Below are positions 36,759-49,756 of a DNA stretch of 64,000 nucleotides, in pieces. Each line of letters starts with the position of its first letter. Positions within the stretch are counted from its first letter, which is position 1. The notes under the pieces were generated by a model. It saw only the letters and a list, made by a program, of their open reading frames with translations, searched no databases and was not told the DNA's origin. This DNA is from Geosiphon pyriformis uo1 (taxonomy: Eukaryota > Fungi > Glomeromycota), in contig JAAOMT010000523.1 of assembly GCA_016748015.1 (NCBI GenBank), positions 928,156-992,155 of the forward strand. Reading direction: 5' to 3'. Both the position numbers and the translations under genes were made by a program.

Positions 36759-38702
36759 CAGTCAGACCTCTATAAAAGAACACAGTTGGGACATGCAAAT
36801 TATGTTCCATTTTAGAGGTGTTCTATTATAGAGTTTTATAATTATTATCAAATAAACTATATTTATTTAATAAATCAATCAATTATTATTATTATTATTA
36901 TTATTAAAATATTGATTAATTGTTACCTGTTTTTTAGAATCTTCCTTCATTTTTTCGTATTCATATAATTTTTTTCCAAGTAAATTTTGGTTTTCTATAC
37001 TAAAATTTTCTTCTGCTAATTGCTCTTCAAATCTAATTACCTTTTTTAATGCTTCATATGCTTCTGTAATTGTAATTATAGCAGGTGGAGATTCTTATAA
37101 TTCTTCCGAGTCATTAATTGTATTGATTTCAATTTGAGCATCGGCTAAAACCATATCAACAATTTCATTATCATCAAGAATATTTTCAGTTGCCAATAAT
37201 TCATCAACTGCTATAGTATAATCTTCGAGATTTTTGACCAATTGTTGTGCATTTGATGGTAAATTGTTGAATATATCCATAGCAATTGATGTTTCGGATT
37301 CTTGAATTTCTAATTCTTGATTATAGAAAAGAATATCCGTTTTTTGCCAACAGTTTTGAATTGTAACAGGTGTTACTTGAAATCATGATTGAACAACATA
37401 ATCAATTGCTTGTTTTATGTTTAATTTATTTATAAAAAATAAATTAATATTAGATAAAATTATATAATATATAANNNNNNNNNNNNNNNNNNNNNNNNNN
37501 NNNNNNNNNNNNNNNNNTATTTGAGCCATGCTTTCCATATATCTGAGTGCATCCATGCTTTGGAATTGAATTTGTAAATCACAGGTAGGTTGGAAGTATT
37601 AATTCCTTTAAAGCATCTTGGATTTTTTGCATGTCCAATTACTAAAGGTTGCAATTTGTGAGATCCAGTTGAATTTGTAGCAAGAAGAATTGTAATCCAA
37701 GATTTATCCTATAAAAAACCCAATTAATTTAATATAACAATAATGTATAACAATAACAATTAGTAAATATAATATACCAATTTTTTCCTGCATTTCGACA
37801 TTTTGCAAGTGTTTGATTTGGTCCTATACGAAAAAATAATCCTGTTTCATCAGCATTATATATTTTTAATTTTCTTTGTTCTTCTGGTGAACTTTCAGTT
37901 GATACACTTCCTGCCTCACCATGAAATCGGTAAACACGTAATTGGTTTCGTTTTTGAATTTTTGAACCCATCCATTTGAGAATTGCATTTCATTTTCGTG
38001 CATACCAAGAAGTTTGGCAAATTCTTTTCCTTTTTCTTTAATTAGTTGATCATTGAATTCGATAGTGGCTGCAGTTACTTGTTCTACCCAATAACTTAAA
38101 GCTTGGTTTAATAATGGAAATTTAACGCTTTTGTGTCGAATAGATCTTTCTGAAATTTCATCAATTTCAATATTCAACCACTTTGCATGCTCTTTGATTA
38201 TCTTGGAGACAGTTGGACGAGAAATATGAAGTTCTGGATATTTATGATTAAAGTAAGCTACAATATCATCTTGTTTGTGCCATAGTGATTTTTGGAATAT
38301 TGACAAATTTCTTTATGAAGAGCATCATTGACTGTTGCTCGTTTTTGTTTTTTGAATAAAGGTTCCGACATTGCGATAATTTAGCAAGTCTGTTAGAAAA
38401 TGTGCCTATAGATTTGGTTTTAGCATGGCTGTACGTAAAAACAAACAAGATCAAAAAGAGTAAGTCCAATGTAAATCGATTTAAAAGAAAGTTAGGATGA
38501 AATCAATTCAATACGTTCTAACTCTTTTCCCAACATCTAGCACGTGATATTTGTTCTTATATGAAGGTAAATTTCGAATAAACGTTCGATAAAATTATGT
38601 TCTTGTTCCTTTATAGATTGTTAATTAATCAATTGGTTCTATAAAAAAATGTTCTTTGTAAGAGGTTCTTTTATTGAGGGTTCTTTTATGGAGGTCTGAC
38701 TG
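36759..38702 (-). mobile_element. pogo/Tigger-type (Tc1-mariner superfamily) DNA transposon, degenerate transposase
   Basis: 23-bp TIR CAGTCAGACCTC(T/C)ATAAAAGAAC, TA TSD both sides; CENP-B-type HTH (FSNGWVQKFK), IYNADETGLF, PLVIGHAKNPRCFKG..NSKAWM; N gap 37475-37517. Confidence 0.93.
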
Positions 38703-38995
38703 TATTACATATTTGTTATATGTAATTAATTACTTAATTTGTTAAAAGTATTAATATTAATAATCAAAAAAATTTTATTATTATAATAATAAGTAAAACC
38801 ATTATTAAAATTTACAAAATATTTAATAATATGTTTAATATAATATACATATATTTTAACTTAAAAAAAACTAAATAATAAACATATATAAACTTTTTTT
38901 AAAAAATTAAAATAAAATTTATAAAAATTTTAGAAAAACAAATTTATTTTTCATTTTAATATTAATTTAAAAAATAAAACTATAAATAATACAAC

Positions 38996-39135
38996 TTTTT
39001 TTTTCTGTATTTATTAAGTGAAGCCCAACTGCTATCTAATACATAGAACTAAACTAAGTAGATCAAACTAAACATAATTCATGCACTTACTACATGTGAC
39101 TAGTTATTTAGACCAAACAAAACAATACTATACAT
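38996..39135 (-). mobile_element. LINE 3' end (stop codon, 3' UTR, A tail) cut off by an LTR insertion
   Basis: Reverse complement matches 22469-22600. Confidence 0.8.
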
Positions 39136-39340
39136 TATTACAGATGATTATTTGGGGTGTTAATGCAAATAACAAACCTATAACTTGGTGTTTAATAACT
39201 AATAAGATGTTAATATCTGAAGGTTTTTGTGATCTGAAAAGTTTTTTTTGTGAAGTCCTTTGTATAATGAACAGAAATTCAATGGTTGGTTTTCAGTAGT
39301 CTTTTAGAATTGCAATTCCATCAAATTTTTTTCTCAATGT
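39136..39340 (-). repeat. U5 end of an older family-A LTR
   Basis: Homologous to the LTR 3' end; interrupted at 39341 by the element B LTR. Confidence 0.8.
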
Positions 39341-41350
39341 TGTTACAGGTGATTACTTGTGGTCTCAAATCAAATAATAAACCTGTAACTTAGTGCTCAA
39401 AAGCTATTTGCATTGATGATAATCTGAAGGTTTTGTATCTGAAGGTTTTGTTTGAGTTTTTTGTATAATAGACAAAGATTTTTTGTTGATGGTATTTGCA
39501 GTTTTTCCTATAAGTTGTTTTCCAATTTCTTTCTTAGCTTAATGGCCAGATTTATTTTGGCATTCATGCTCTTCTGGTAAGCTATCCAATAATATATATA
39601 ATTTTATTCTTATTTCTGGGTCTTTTACCAGACTATCTATAATGTCAATAACTTAGCGCTTTTAATCTTTTAATCAATTAGTATGTAACAACAAAATCAA
39701 AAAAAATAAATAAATAAAGAAAATAAAGAAAATATAAAGAAATAAGCCAAAGTGATTTTACAAGTTAGTATCCTGTCAATAGCCATAATCAAGAGCTATT
39801 GTTCCAGTGTGGTTAAGTATCAATTACTATCAACATGAAGTGTTGATAGTGGAAATGGGTTTTTTAAGATAACAAATAGTTATTTATTGTGGTTTGGAAA
39901 GTTGTCTAGATGAAATTTAAACTGAGAAGTCTGTCTTTTTAGCTTCTACTATTACTGCTATATATACATAATTGAGATTCTTTAATTCCTCAATTTTTTA
40001 CAACAGAAATCCTGGAATTCCTGGAATCTTGCAATTCTATTAAGAAGAATCCTAGAATTCTGGAATTTTGCGATTCCTTGTGTGAGAATTCTACAATTCC
40101 TGGAATTTTGCAATTTCTCTGAGAGGAATCCTGGAATTTCATATTTACTACGTCTACTTCTGATTGGCTAATAACTATGCTAATATATTTCTTATATTTT
40201 TATGAATAATATTATTCCCTTCTTTTTAATATTGAGCTCTGTCAAAATTTAGCTCTTTTAATTCCCTTTCTTGTAGTATTTCCTGTACTTCTTTCTCAAA
40301 AATTACTTGTGTTATTTGAGTCTGTAATTCTTCAAATTGGATATTGGTGATTTTTCCCCATTGGTTACTGATTACGGTGTCTATTACTTTATTGAGTAAT
40401 ATTTCTGGTCAGTTCTGAAATGCTGTGTGTATTTGTTATATGGCTCGTGTCTGTGTAGATAAGTTGTTCTTTCCCACAAACTGTTCCAGTTGTTGTAGTA
40501 TTGTTATGTTAAATAACTGCTTGGTTTTATCAGTATACAAATTCTGGATATTCACTTGTTTTCCCAAGTAGAAATAACAATAGTTTTTTAGAAATTGTTG
40601 TATTCACCAATTCCAAGTTTTTTTTGTCAACTCTTGATATAGTGAGTCTTTTGTCAGCTCTTGTATTGCCACTTTTACTTTTGCAATAACTTTGTCAATG
40701 ATATTTTCCGGTTTCTTCCATGTTCTGTGTTGTGATGTTTTTCTAGTATCTCAGTACCAAATAGTTTGTTGATTAATTGTAATCTCCATTTCTTGGTGTT
40801 GAATCAATTGAAAAAGTTGTTGTGCTAGTAAGTAAATGTTGTCTGTAATTTCTATTTTTCCGATATTTTCTGTTGCATCTATTATGTTTTTATATATTTT
40901 TTTGTCAATCACTTTTTTTTTTTTTTATTTGTTGTCAATGATGATGATTGGTTCCAGATCTCGTGGAATTTCATCTGGTTGGACTGGTGTTTTCTGTACT
41001 CCTAGTTGGGGAATATTATTGGTGAATAGTAATGTTATATTGTGATATGATTTCAGTTGATCTCTATGTGCTGCTTTGGTCAAGATTTTGTTGTTCAATC
41101 TTAATTTATAAGCTCTATTTCCTAGAATTTCTTCTATGTGAAATGATTCATCCCATTTGGGATCAAATTTTCTATTCCATTGTTTTTCCACTTTAGTATG
41201 ATGTAAGAGTACTTTGTCTCCAATCTTGAACTCAACTGGTTTGTCTAATAGTTGACTATCATGTCTTTTTTTCTGTTTCTCTTGTGACTATTTAATGTTA
41301 TCAGCTGCTTTTCTTTGTTTGTTTTCTAGATTTTCCATTAAGTTATATGT
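39341..41350 (-). mobile_element. 3' part of family-A element B: 3' LTR 39341-40211, ORF3 40226-40885, integrase C-terminus to 41350
   Basis: LTR, PPT, ORF3 and integrase homology (ORF 40925..41191); interrupted by element C. Confidence 0.9.
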
Positions 41351-42254
41351 TGTTACAGGTAATTATTTCTGCTGTTGAATTAAATAACAAACCCATAACT
41401 TGGTGCTCAAAAGCTACTTCTGTTGATGATCTCCTATAAGTGTTATATCTGAAGGTTTTGTATCTGAAGGTTTTGTATCTGAAGTCCTTTGTATAATGGA
41501 CAGAGATTTAATAGTGTTGATAGTAGATATATCTTTCCAAGAGTTTTCCCAATTTTTTTCTCAGCATGGTGGCTGGATTTAGTCTGGTAGTTGTGTCCTT
41601 CTAGTAAGCTATCCGATAATATATAAAATCCTACTCTTATTTCTGGGTCTTTTACCAGGCTATCCTTGACGTCAATAACTCAGCACTTAATCTCTTAATC
41701 AATTAGTATACAACAACAAAATCAAAGAAAGAAAGAAGATAAAATAAAGAAAATAAAATAAGAAAATAGAGAAAATAAGCCAAGACAATTTGGTACATTA
41801 GTATCTCGTCAATAGCCATGATCAAGAGCTATTGTTTCAGTGTGGTTAAGTATTAATTACTATCAACATGAAGTGTTGATAATGGAGAGTGGTTTTGAGA
41901 TATGAAATATTTATTTATTTAATGATTTGTGTTTCTGGGCTAAGGATTCTGTCATATTGATTCTGTCTTTTCTGTTTCTAATACTACTGTTATATATACA
42001 TAATTGAAATTCCTCAATTCCTCGATTTTTCATGACAGGAATCCTGGAATTCCTGAAATCCTGTGATTCCTATAAAAGAAATCCTAGAATTCTGGAATCT
42101 TGCAATTCCTCATTGAGGAATCCTGAAATTCCTGGAATTCTGCAATTCCTAAAAGGAATCCTGGAATTCCACATTTACTATGTCTACTTCTGATTGGCTA
42201 ATAATCATGCTAATATATTTCTTATATTTCTATGAGTAACATTATTCCCTCCTT

Positions 42255-42913
42255 TTAATATTGAGCTCCATCGAAATTCAACTCATTTAATTTCCCCTTT
42301 TGAAGTATTTTCTGGATTTTATTTTCAAGAATTACTTGTGTTATTTGGGTCTGTAATTCTTCAAATTGAGCATTGGTGATCTTTTCCAATTGATTACTGG
42401 TAACCATATCTATTGCTTTACTATACAATATTTCTGGTCTATTCTGAAATGCTGTGTGTATTTGGTATATGGCTCAGGCCTGTGTGGCTAAGTTGTTCTT
42501 TCCCACAAAATGTTCTAATTGTTGTAGTATTCTTTTGTCGAATAATTGCTTTGTTTTATCTGTATATAAATTCTGGATATTTATGTGTTGCCCCAAGTAA
42601 AAGTAACAATAATTTCTTGGAAATTGTTGTATTCACCAATTCCAAGTTTCTTTAGTCAGCTCTTGATATAATGCCTCTTTTGTTGACTCTTTTATTGCTA
42701 ATTTTACTTTTGCAATGATTTTGTCCACCATATTTTCAGTTTTTTTCAGTGTTCTGAGTTGCAATGTCTTTTTAGTATTTTGATATCAAATGGTTTGTTG
42801 ATTGATTGTAATCTCCATTTTCTGGTGTTGGATCAATTGAAAAAGTTGTTGTGCTAGTGAGTGAATGTTGTCTGTAATTTCCATTTTCTGATATTTTCTG
42901 TTGCATCTACCAT
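42255..42913 (-). pseudogene. ORF3 of element C
   Basis: ATG MVDATEN.. to ..DGAQY-TAA, homologous to 10568-11227. Confidence 0.82.
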
Positions 42914-42937
42914 GTCTTTATATATTCTTTTGCTGAA

Positions 42938-44320
42938 TCAATTTAATGTGTTGTTGTTGATAATAATGATTGGTTCCAGATCTTGTAGAATCTCATCTGG
43001 TTGGACTAGTATTCTCTGTACTCCTAATTGGGGAATATTACTGGTAGATGGTAGTGTGATGTTGTGATATAGTTTCAGTCAATCTCCATGTGCTGCTTTG
43101 GTTAAAATTTTGTTATCCAATCTTAATTTGTAAGCTCTATTTCCTAGAATTTCTTCTATGTAAAATGGTCCATCCCATTTGGGGTCAAATTTTTCACTCC
43201 ATTGTTTTTCCACTTTGGTACAATATAAGAGTATTTTGTTTCCAATCTTGAATTTAACTGGTTTGTCTAGTAGTTGACTATCGTGTCTTTCTTTCTGTTT
43301 TTTTTGTGACTTTTGAATATTATCAGCTGCTCTTTTTCGTTTGTTTTCCAATGTTTCCATTAAGTCATATGTTCTTCTCAGCAATGTTTCTTGAAAATTT
43401 TCTTCTGTTATTGGTTCAGCTGGATATGTATTAATTTCTCTCTCTACTGATAACATTGCTGTTCTCCTATACACTAATTCAAATGGTGTTGCTTGTGTAG
43501 TATCTTGTTTTATTGTCCAATAAGCAAATAGTACTGATGGTATAAGCAAATCCCAATCGTTCTGGTTTTCTTGGCTGAGCTTAGCTATTGCTTCACACAA
43601 TGTTCTGTTGAATCTTTTTACTAATCCGTTGGTTTGTGGATGATATGGTGATGATAATGGTCTCTTAATTCCGAATCTTTGGCTCAATTCTGTTAATGTT
43701 CTGTTCACAAAATAAGTTCCTTGGTCTGATAATAGTTCTTTTGGACATCTATGTTGACAAATCAAATCCTGATGAATGAATTTGGCAATGGATTCTGCAT
43801 CTGCTCTTTGAATTGCTTTTGCCTCTGGTCATTTAGTGAAATAGTCCATAGCTACTGCTATGTATCTGTTTCCTCTGCTAGTAATTGTTAATGGTCTGAC
43901 TAAATCAATTCCAATACGGTCAAATGGTTGTCCCACTTTGATTGGTCTTAATGGTTTACTGGGTTTCATACCTCCTCTTCACTGACAGACATCACAATTT
44001 TGAACATATTGGATGATGTCTGGATATATTGATGGCCAATAGTATCTTTTTCTGGTTCTTTCCATGGTTACTTCTTTATGAAAATGTCCTGCTGTTGGAT
44101 TTGAGTGCATGTTGAATAATATTGTCTCTTTTTCTGGCTCTGTAATTACTTTGGTTGGTTGATCTGAATCTTTTCTATTTTTCCGATAAAGTATATTTTG
44201 GTGAGTAATAAAATATTTTGATTGTTGTTTGATACTCTTTCGTTCTGTTTGAGATAAATTCTCCTTGAACTGTTGAGTGTTTATATAATGTTGAAGTTGT
44301 TGATATTTTTGTATGTTCAT
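42938..44320 (-). pseudogene. Stand-alone integrase of element C
   Basis: ATG MNIQKY..HHCC finger..SDQGT..WDGPF; starts 62 nt after the RH stop at 44383. Confidence 0.9.
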
Positions 44321-44382
44321 CTTTTGTTATATTTTTTGTTGGTATTGTTCTGGTTTTGTTATATTTTTGTGTTAAAATGTTC

Positions 44383-47300
44383 TTAGATTTGTCTCATTCG
44401 CAACAAACTGTCAGCATTTCCATTGTCTTTTCTTTTCTTATAGTGTATAGTATAAGTATATTGTGATAGTGCCATTTTCCATTTGGATTGGCGGCTGTTA
44501 TCAAATTCTTGCTTTTGAAGTGATGTTAACTCTTTATGATCTATGTATATATCAAACTTTTGGCTCAAGTATTCATTCCACTTTATGACTGCCTAATAAA
44601 TTGCTAAATGTTCTAATTTGGGTGTTTCATAGTTCTTTTCGGCTGGTGTTAGACCTTGGCTGGCATATGCTACTGAATGTTTTCTACTGTCTGGTCCCTT
44701 CTGAGATAGTACTGCTCCCAATGCTTGGCTGGATGCATTGGTGGTGATGATGAATGGTTTATTGTGATCTGGGTAGATCAGTACTAGAGCTTAAATAAGC
44801 TTTTTTTTCAGAATATCAAAAGCTTCTTGTTGACTTTCTGTCCATTCATATTTGGTATTCTTGGTTTGCAGATTATTAAGTGGTTGAGCTATCTTTGAAA
44901 AGTTCTTTATAAAGCATCGATAGTAGCTTGTAAATCCCAAGAATGATTTCAATTCAGTTATATTGGTTGGTACTGGAAAGTTCTTTACTATCTCTATTTT
45001 CTCTGGATCCATTTTGATGCTGTTTTTGCTGACTATGTGTTCCAAGAATTTTAGTTCTGTCTTGCCAAAGAAGCACTTTGTTGCATTTAACTTTAGTCTT
45101 GCTCTTTTTAGTCTTTCAAACACTTGTTGAAGATGATGAAGATGATCATTAAATGTTTTTGAGAATACATTGGTGTCATCCAAGTATACAATTACTGATT
45201 TTCATAATAAGCCAGTATAGACAATTTCCATTAGCCATTGGAAAGTGGCTGGTGCATTGGTTAAACTGAATAGCATTATTTCAAATTCAAAATTCCTTTC
45301 TCTTATGGTGAATGACATCTTTTTTTTGTTGGCTGGATCCATGGCTACTTGCCAGTAACCACTGTTCAAGTCTAATGTTGAGAACTATTTGTTCCTGCCA
45401 AAAGCATCAAATAGTTTTTGTATCCGTGGAGTTGGATAGCTGTCTCCACAAGTTACACTATTTAGTTTTTTGTAGTCCACACAAAATCGGATCTTTTCAT
45501 TTTTCTTTCGGACAAGTACTACTGGTGACAACCATGGGCTCATTGATGGCTAAATTAACCTATTGTCAAGCATCTGGTTGATCTCTTGACAGATGATTTC
45601 ATGGCTGGCTGGTGGTACTCTGTATGCTCACTGTTTGATGGGCATTGTATCTCCAGTATTGATCTGATGCTGGATAATGTCAGTTTGGCCAAACTCATTT
45701 TCGCTGGCAAAAATGTCATTAAACTGGTTGAGCAACATCTTGAGTTGCATACATTGGAGTGGATCTAAGTTTTCCATGTTTATTTGTTTCAATTGTTCTG
45801 GTTTGAGCAAATAATATTCACTTCATCCGTATATTATTTGTGATGTAATATCAACATATTCACAAAGTTGTGGAAAGTCTAAAATGGGGTTTGATAGTTG
45901 ATTCTCCATTTCAGTGTTTAAGTATCCAATAATGATTCTGGCTGGTATTTCTATGATATTTCCTGTATTGTTGTAGATGAAAATTTTGATATGGCTGTAA
46001 TTTTTGGCTGGTATGTAGAGATTAATGAGTCCAACTTCTCCTAATTTACAAAGACTGGCTTTTGCTTCAAAAATTTGTGCTTGGTCTTTTTTTTTCCTTT
46101 CTATTGCTAGCATGTACTGGTTATATGGTGAAATAGAAATAGCTTGACCGGTTGAGATAATTTCTTCTTGGCCAATAATTTCTTCCTCTGCCATATTAAC
46201 TGGTACATCTATTCTATCTGTTGATCTGAATTTCTGTATTCCTCTCGCTGTTATTTCTAATTCCTTTCTTTTTTTCACTGACACTAACTGAGCTATTTTG
46301 ACCAAGGGCAGGAATATTGCCTGTGCTATCTTTTCATTTGGCTTTATAATATAGGCTTTTTCTGAGTCATTTTGTAGCATTGCCACAATATTTTCCACAT
46401 ATTCAGCATCAATTATTCCTCCTCTAATGTTTATCCCTCTTTTTGCTAGATTACTCTTAGAAGCTAGTTAAACTATGGTGGTCGCTGAAATTTCTATGGC
46501 TACTTTCAAATCTATGCATATGTGTAAATGTGGTTCCAATTTAATGGCTTCTTTTCCAGGATATTTTAGATTAAACTCTGCATCAGTATCATGTGCACGT
46601 TTCAGTATAATACTTTTGTCATTGTCACTATACCATTTCAACTCCTGTTTTTTGAAGAGATCTGGTAGGGCAATATAGTGTTCATAGTTGGAGTTGGAGT
46701 TTGAATCTGAGCTAATTTCATTGCCATATTGAACGGAGCTGGAACCATTGTTTTTGTTATCATTGTCAGAGTTGGAATTGGGATTGAAAATTGATTTTGA
46801 TTCCGATGTGCAGTTGTTGATTGGTTTTTTTTTCTCTGGAATTGTGTAGATCATGTATGGTAGTGGATTGTAAATGAGGTTACACTCATTACAATATTGG
46901 AAATCACATAGGATCAAACAGTAGTCACATAGTTTGGTGTTTATTTGGGCCAAACATTGCTCTTGTTCTTCTCTTGTAGATGCCAAAGTTTGATAATGTT
47001 CATGAAACTTTTCTGGTTCCAGAAGATTTATGACTGGTTTTTCATCCCAATCGAGTTCTAGGGGTTCTGACGGGTTGTTCTTGACTTCTTTGATTTCTTC
47101 TAGTGATGCTTCTTGAATTTTGGCAAAGGCCATTTTCCAGATTTCATCATTGTTATGTGGACAAATGTCCAATTGTTGTACTGTTCTTCTCCAAACAGCT
47201 TCTATGGGTGTTCTTTTTCTAACCCAATTGCTGATGAGAATCATGTACTGGCACAAAGTGTCGCACATTCCTCCTTGACCAGGAATGTCATTCCATATTC

Positions 47301-48115
47301 TTTCATTCAAGAGTGTTTTCCCACAAGTTAAACATGGTGTATTATCTCATTTTTCTACTCAGTTTGGTCTTCCAAAGTGTTCTATGATGCATGTGCAGCA
47401 GTAGAATTGGGTTGCTGTTACGTATTCCTTATTGTTGCCACAGCATGCACCCATTGACAACAATTTTTTGCCACAATCGACACATATCAGCTTTGGTTGA
47501 CAATAATTAGTTGGTGGTAATGGATAGGTATATGAGTTATAAGTAGTGGTGCTGGTGGGTGTTGTTTCTTCTTCCTTCTCTTTTCCTTTTTTTTTATCTT
47601 TTTTGTTTTCTTTTTATTTCCAGCTTGAAGTTGGTTTGCTCTCGTTGTTGTTGGTCCAAGTCAGGTCATCGGTTTCCCAGGTAAGTTCTTTTTTTTGTTT
47701 TCCTTTTCCATTATCATTGTTGTTCCAAGAAAGTATTGGCAGCAGTTTGTTGTAGTTGATATTGGCCCATGATACTTGATATGCTTCCCATGTTGGTTTG
47801 TTTTCTTCCTTCTCAAATTCGATAAGCAGTGTTGTTGTCATGACGTTGGTGGGTTTGAAATGGCCACATGTTGCTAGAACTTGCGTGTGTTGGCCATTTT
47901 GGCTGATTTGGAGTTCCTGGATGGTCCAATTGAGCATCGTGTTGGTTTTGAATAACCAATTGTTGCCAACAAGTGCTTAATACTGCATGGCTTCTATCAC
48001 TAGAACTTTAATGGGTATTGTAATGCTATTGACTTTGATAAGGAAGTTGTCTATTTCGCTGATTGAAGTTTTGGTAGCTCCAACAGCAGTGATAATTCTT
48101 GCACTGGTAGCATGA
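44383..48115 (-). pseudogene. Protease C-part, Cys-rich domain, dUTPase, RT, RNase H of element C
   Basis: ORF-track pieces 47614..47937, 46468..47310, 45823..46398, 44791..45183, 44383..44568. Confidence 0.9.
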
Positions 48116-49003
48116 TGTTACGGGATGGTTTTCTTGTTATATTTAATTGCTGATATCCCGTTTTAATTGCAATCAGTCTTTTGTGAGTTTCTCAATTCTA
48201 TTTGTGTGATAATGTCACTGTTACACTGAAGGCTTTTTTTTTACTGTTGTGATGTAAGTTATTCTTCAATTCTTGATTGTTGTGTGTGTTTATGTACTCC
48301 TTCTCAGAGGCTGAACTGAAATTTACCCACTGTTTGGGGTCTTCTCTGAGACTATCTTTGCAATTGCCTGATGTGTTTCTCTAATCTAGAAACACAGAAT
48401 GTTAATGGTCTTTAGTGCTTTTCTAATTCTTACAATAAAGCTTTTATCAATTAGTAACAACGTGAATAATTTTGATCAAGGATTATTCTTCCAAGGGATT
48501 CAGTTGATGAATGACAGTTTCATTCAATAAATAATACAAGTAAGTTTCTTAATACTTTGGGTTGTAATAGTTCAGTTTTAAATATTTTTTTCATTTCTTT
48601 TTGATTTTAAAGATTTCTTGGGATATTTAATTTGAAAGTATGATTTAAAGTGGAGTTTGTTGGATAAAATTGGATCTATTGCTTGATAAGTTATGATTTT
48701 TATTACTTGATTGATTATTTCCCAATATTAAAACTACTGTATATATACATGTTTGTAGTTCTACAAGAAAACACATTGTAATACTTTCTTTTTGATATTT
48801 CAACTTGGTGTTTGCTGCTATTACCAGTTGGTGTTGGCTGCTATTGTGAACTGGTGCTTGCCACTATTGTGAGATGGTGTTTATTACTATGTTAATTATT
48901 ACCTTTCTAAGATTATTACTGTGCTATATTATGATTGAATAGTTTGTATTATTTTTATGATTCTTTTTGCTAAATTCTTAAACCATAATATTATTCCCTC
49001 CTT

Positions 49004-49672
49004 TCAAGATTGAGCTCCATCAAAATCGAAGTTAATTTCTTCATTAAATTCTAAGTTACTATAGTGGTTCAATACTGTGTTATTAATTTGTTGTTGTAAT
49101 TCTTAAAATTGCGAGTTGGTAAGTCATCCAATACTGTTGGTTGTTATTATGTTCATGGTTGGGTCCAACAATAATTTGTGACAGTTTTCAAATACTTTGA
49201 AAATTCTGTAAACTGTTTTTGAATGGAATGTAGTGTTGGTTTTTCCAATAAAAGGTTCTAATAGTTGGATAGTTGTTTTGTCAAACACTCTAGTTGAGTC
49301 TTTTGAATATAATGTTTGTATGTTCAAGTGCTTTCCTAGTTGATAATAACAGTAATTAATTGGAAATTTTGTTTTCAAGTTGCTAAATGTGTCTGGTGTT
49401 AATTCACTTATTTTTATTTCTTCTATTATTAATGTATTGCCCAATGCTATCTCTAATTTTTCAATAACTTTGCTAATAAATTTGTTGTTATATTTGGCAA
49501 TATTATATGGTTCAAAATTATGTTCTTTTCTTGTTTTTGGATTTTTTATTGTTCTTTTTATGTATGTTATTTTGGAGCTATTAACTGTGATTTCTAGATT
49601 GGATTTTAATTGTTGTAAGCTTTCAACTAATTGTTGAGTTATATTGTTAATGTTTTCTGGAATAAGTATCAT
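49004..49672 (-). pseudogene. ORF3 of element D
   Basis: ORF 49124..49672 continues through stops to ..FDFDGAQS-TGA; FPINYCYYQLGKHLNIQTLY matches family A ORF3. Confidence 0.85.
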
Positions 49673-49756
49673 TGTTTTAATTTTGACTGCTATTTTGGAA
49701 TCTTTTGCATGCGTTTTTATGGTTGTTAAATTATTTTTGCTGTGATCTAAGATTAA

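Larger units (their letters stand above)
41351..48115 (-). mobile_element. Family-A element C from mid-protease to 3' LTR (41351-42241)
   Basis: PR, Cys-rich, dUTPase, RT, RH, integrase, ORF3, PPT and LTR in order; interrupted by element D at 48116. Confidence 0.92.
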
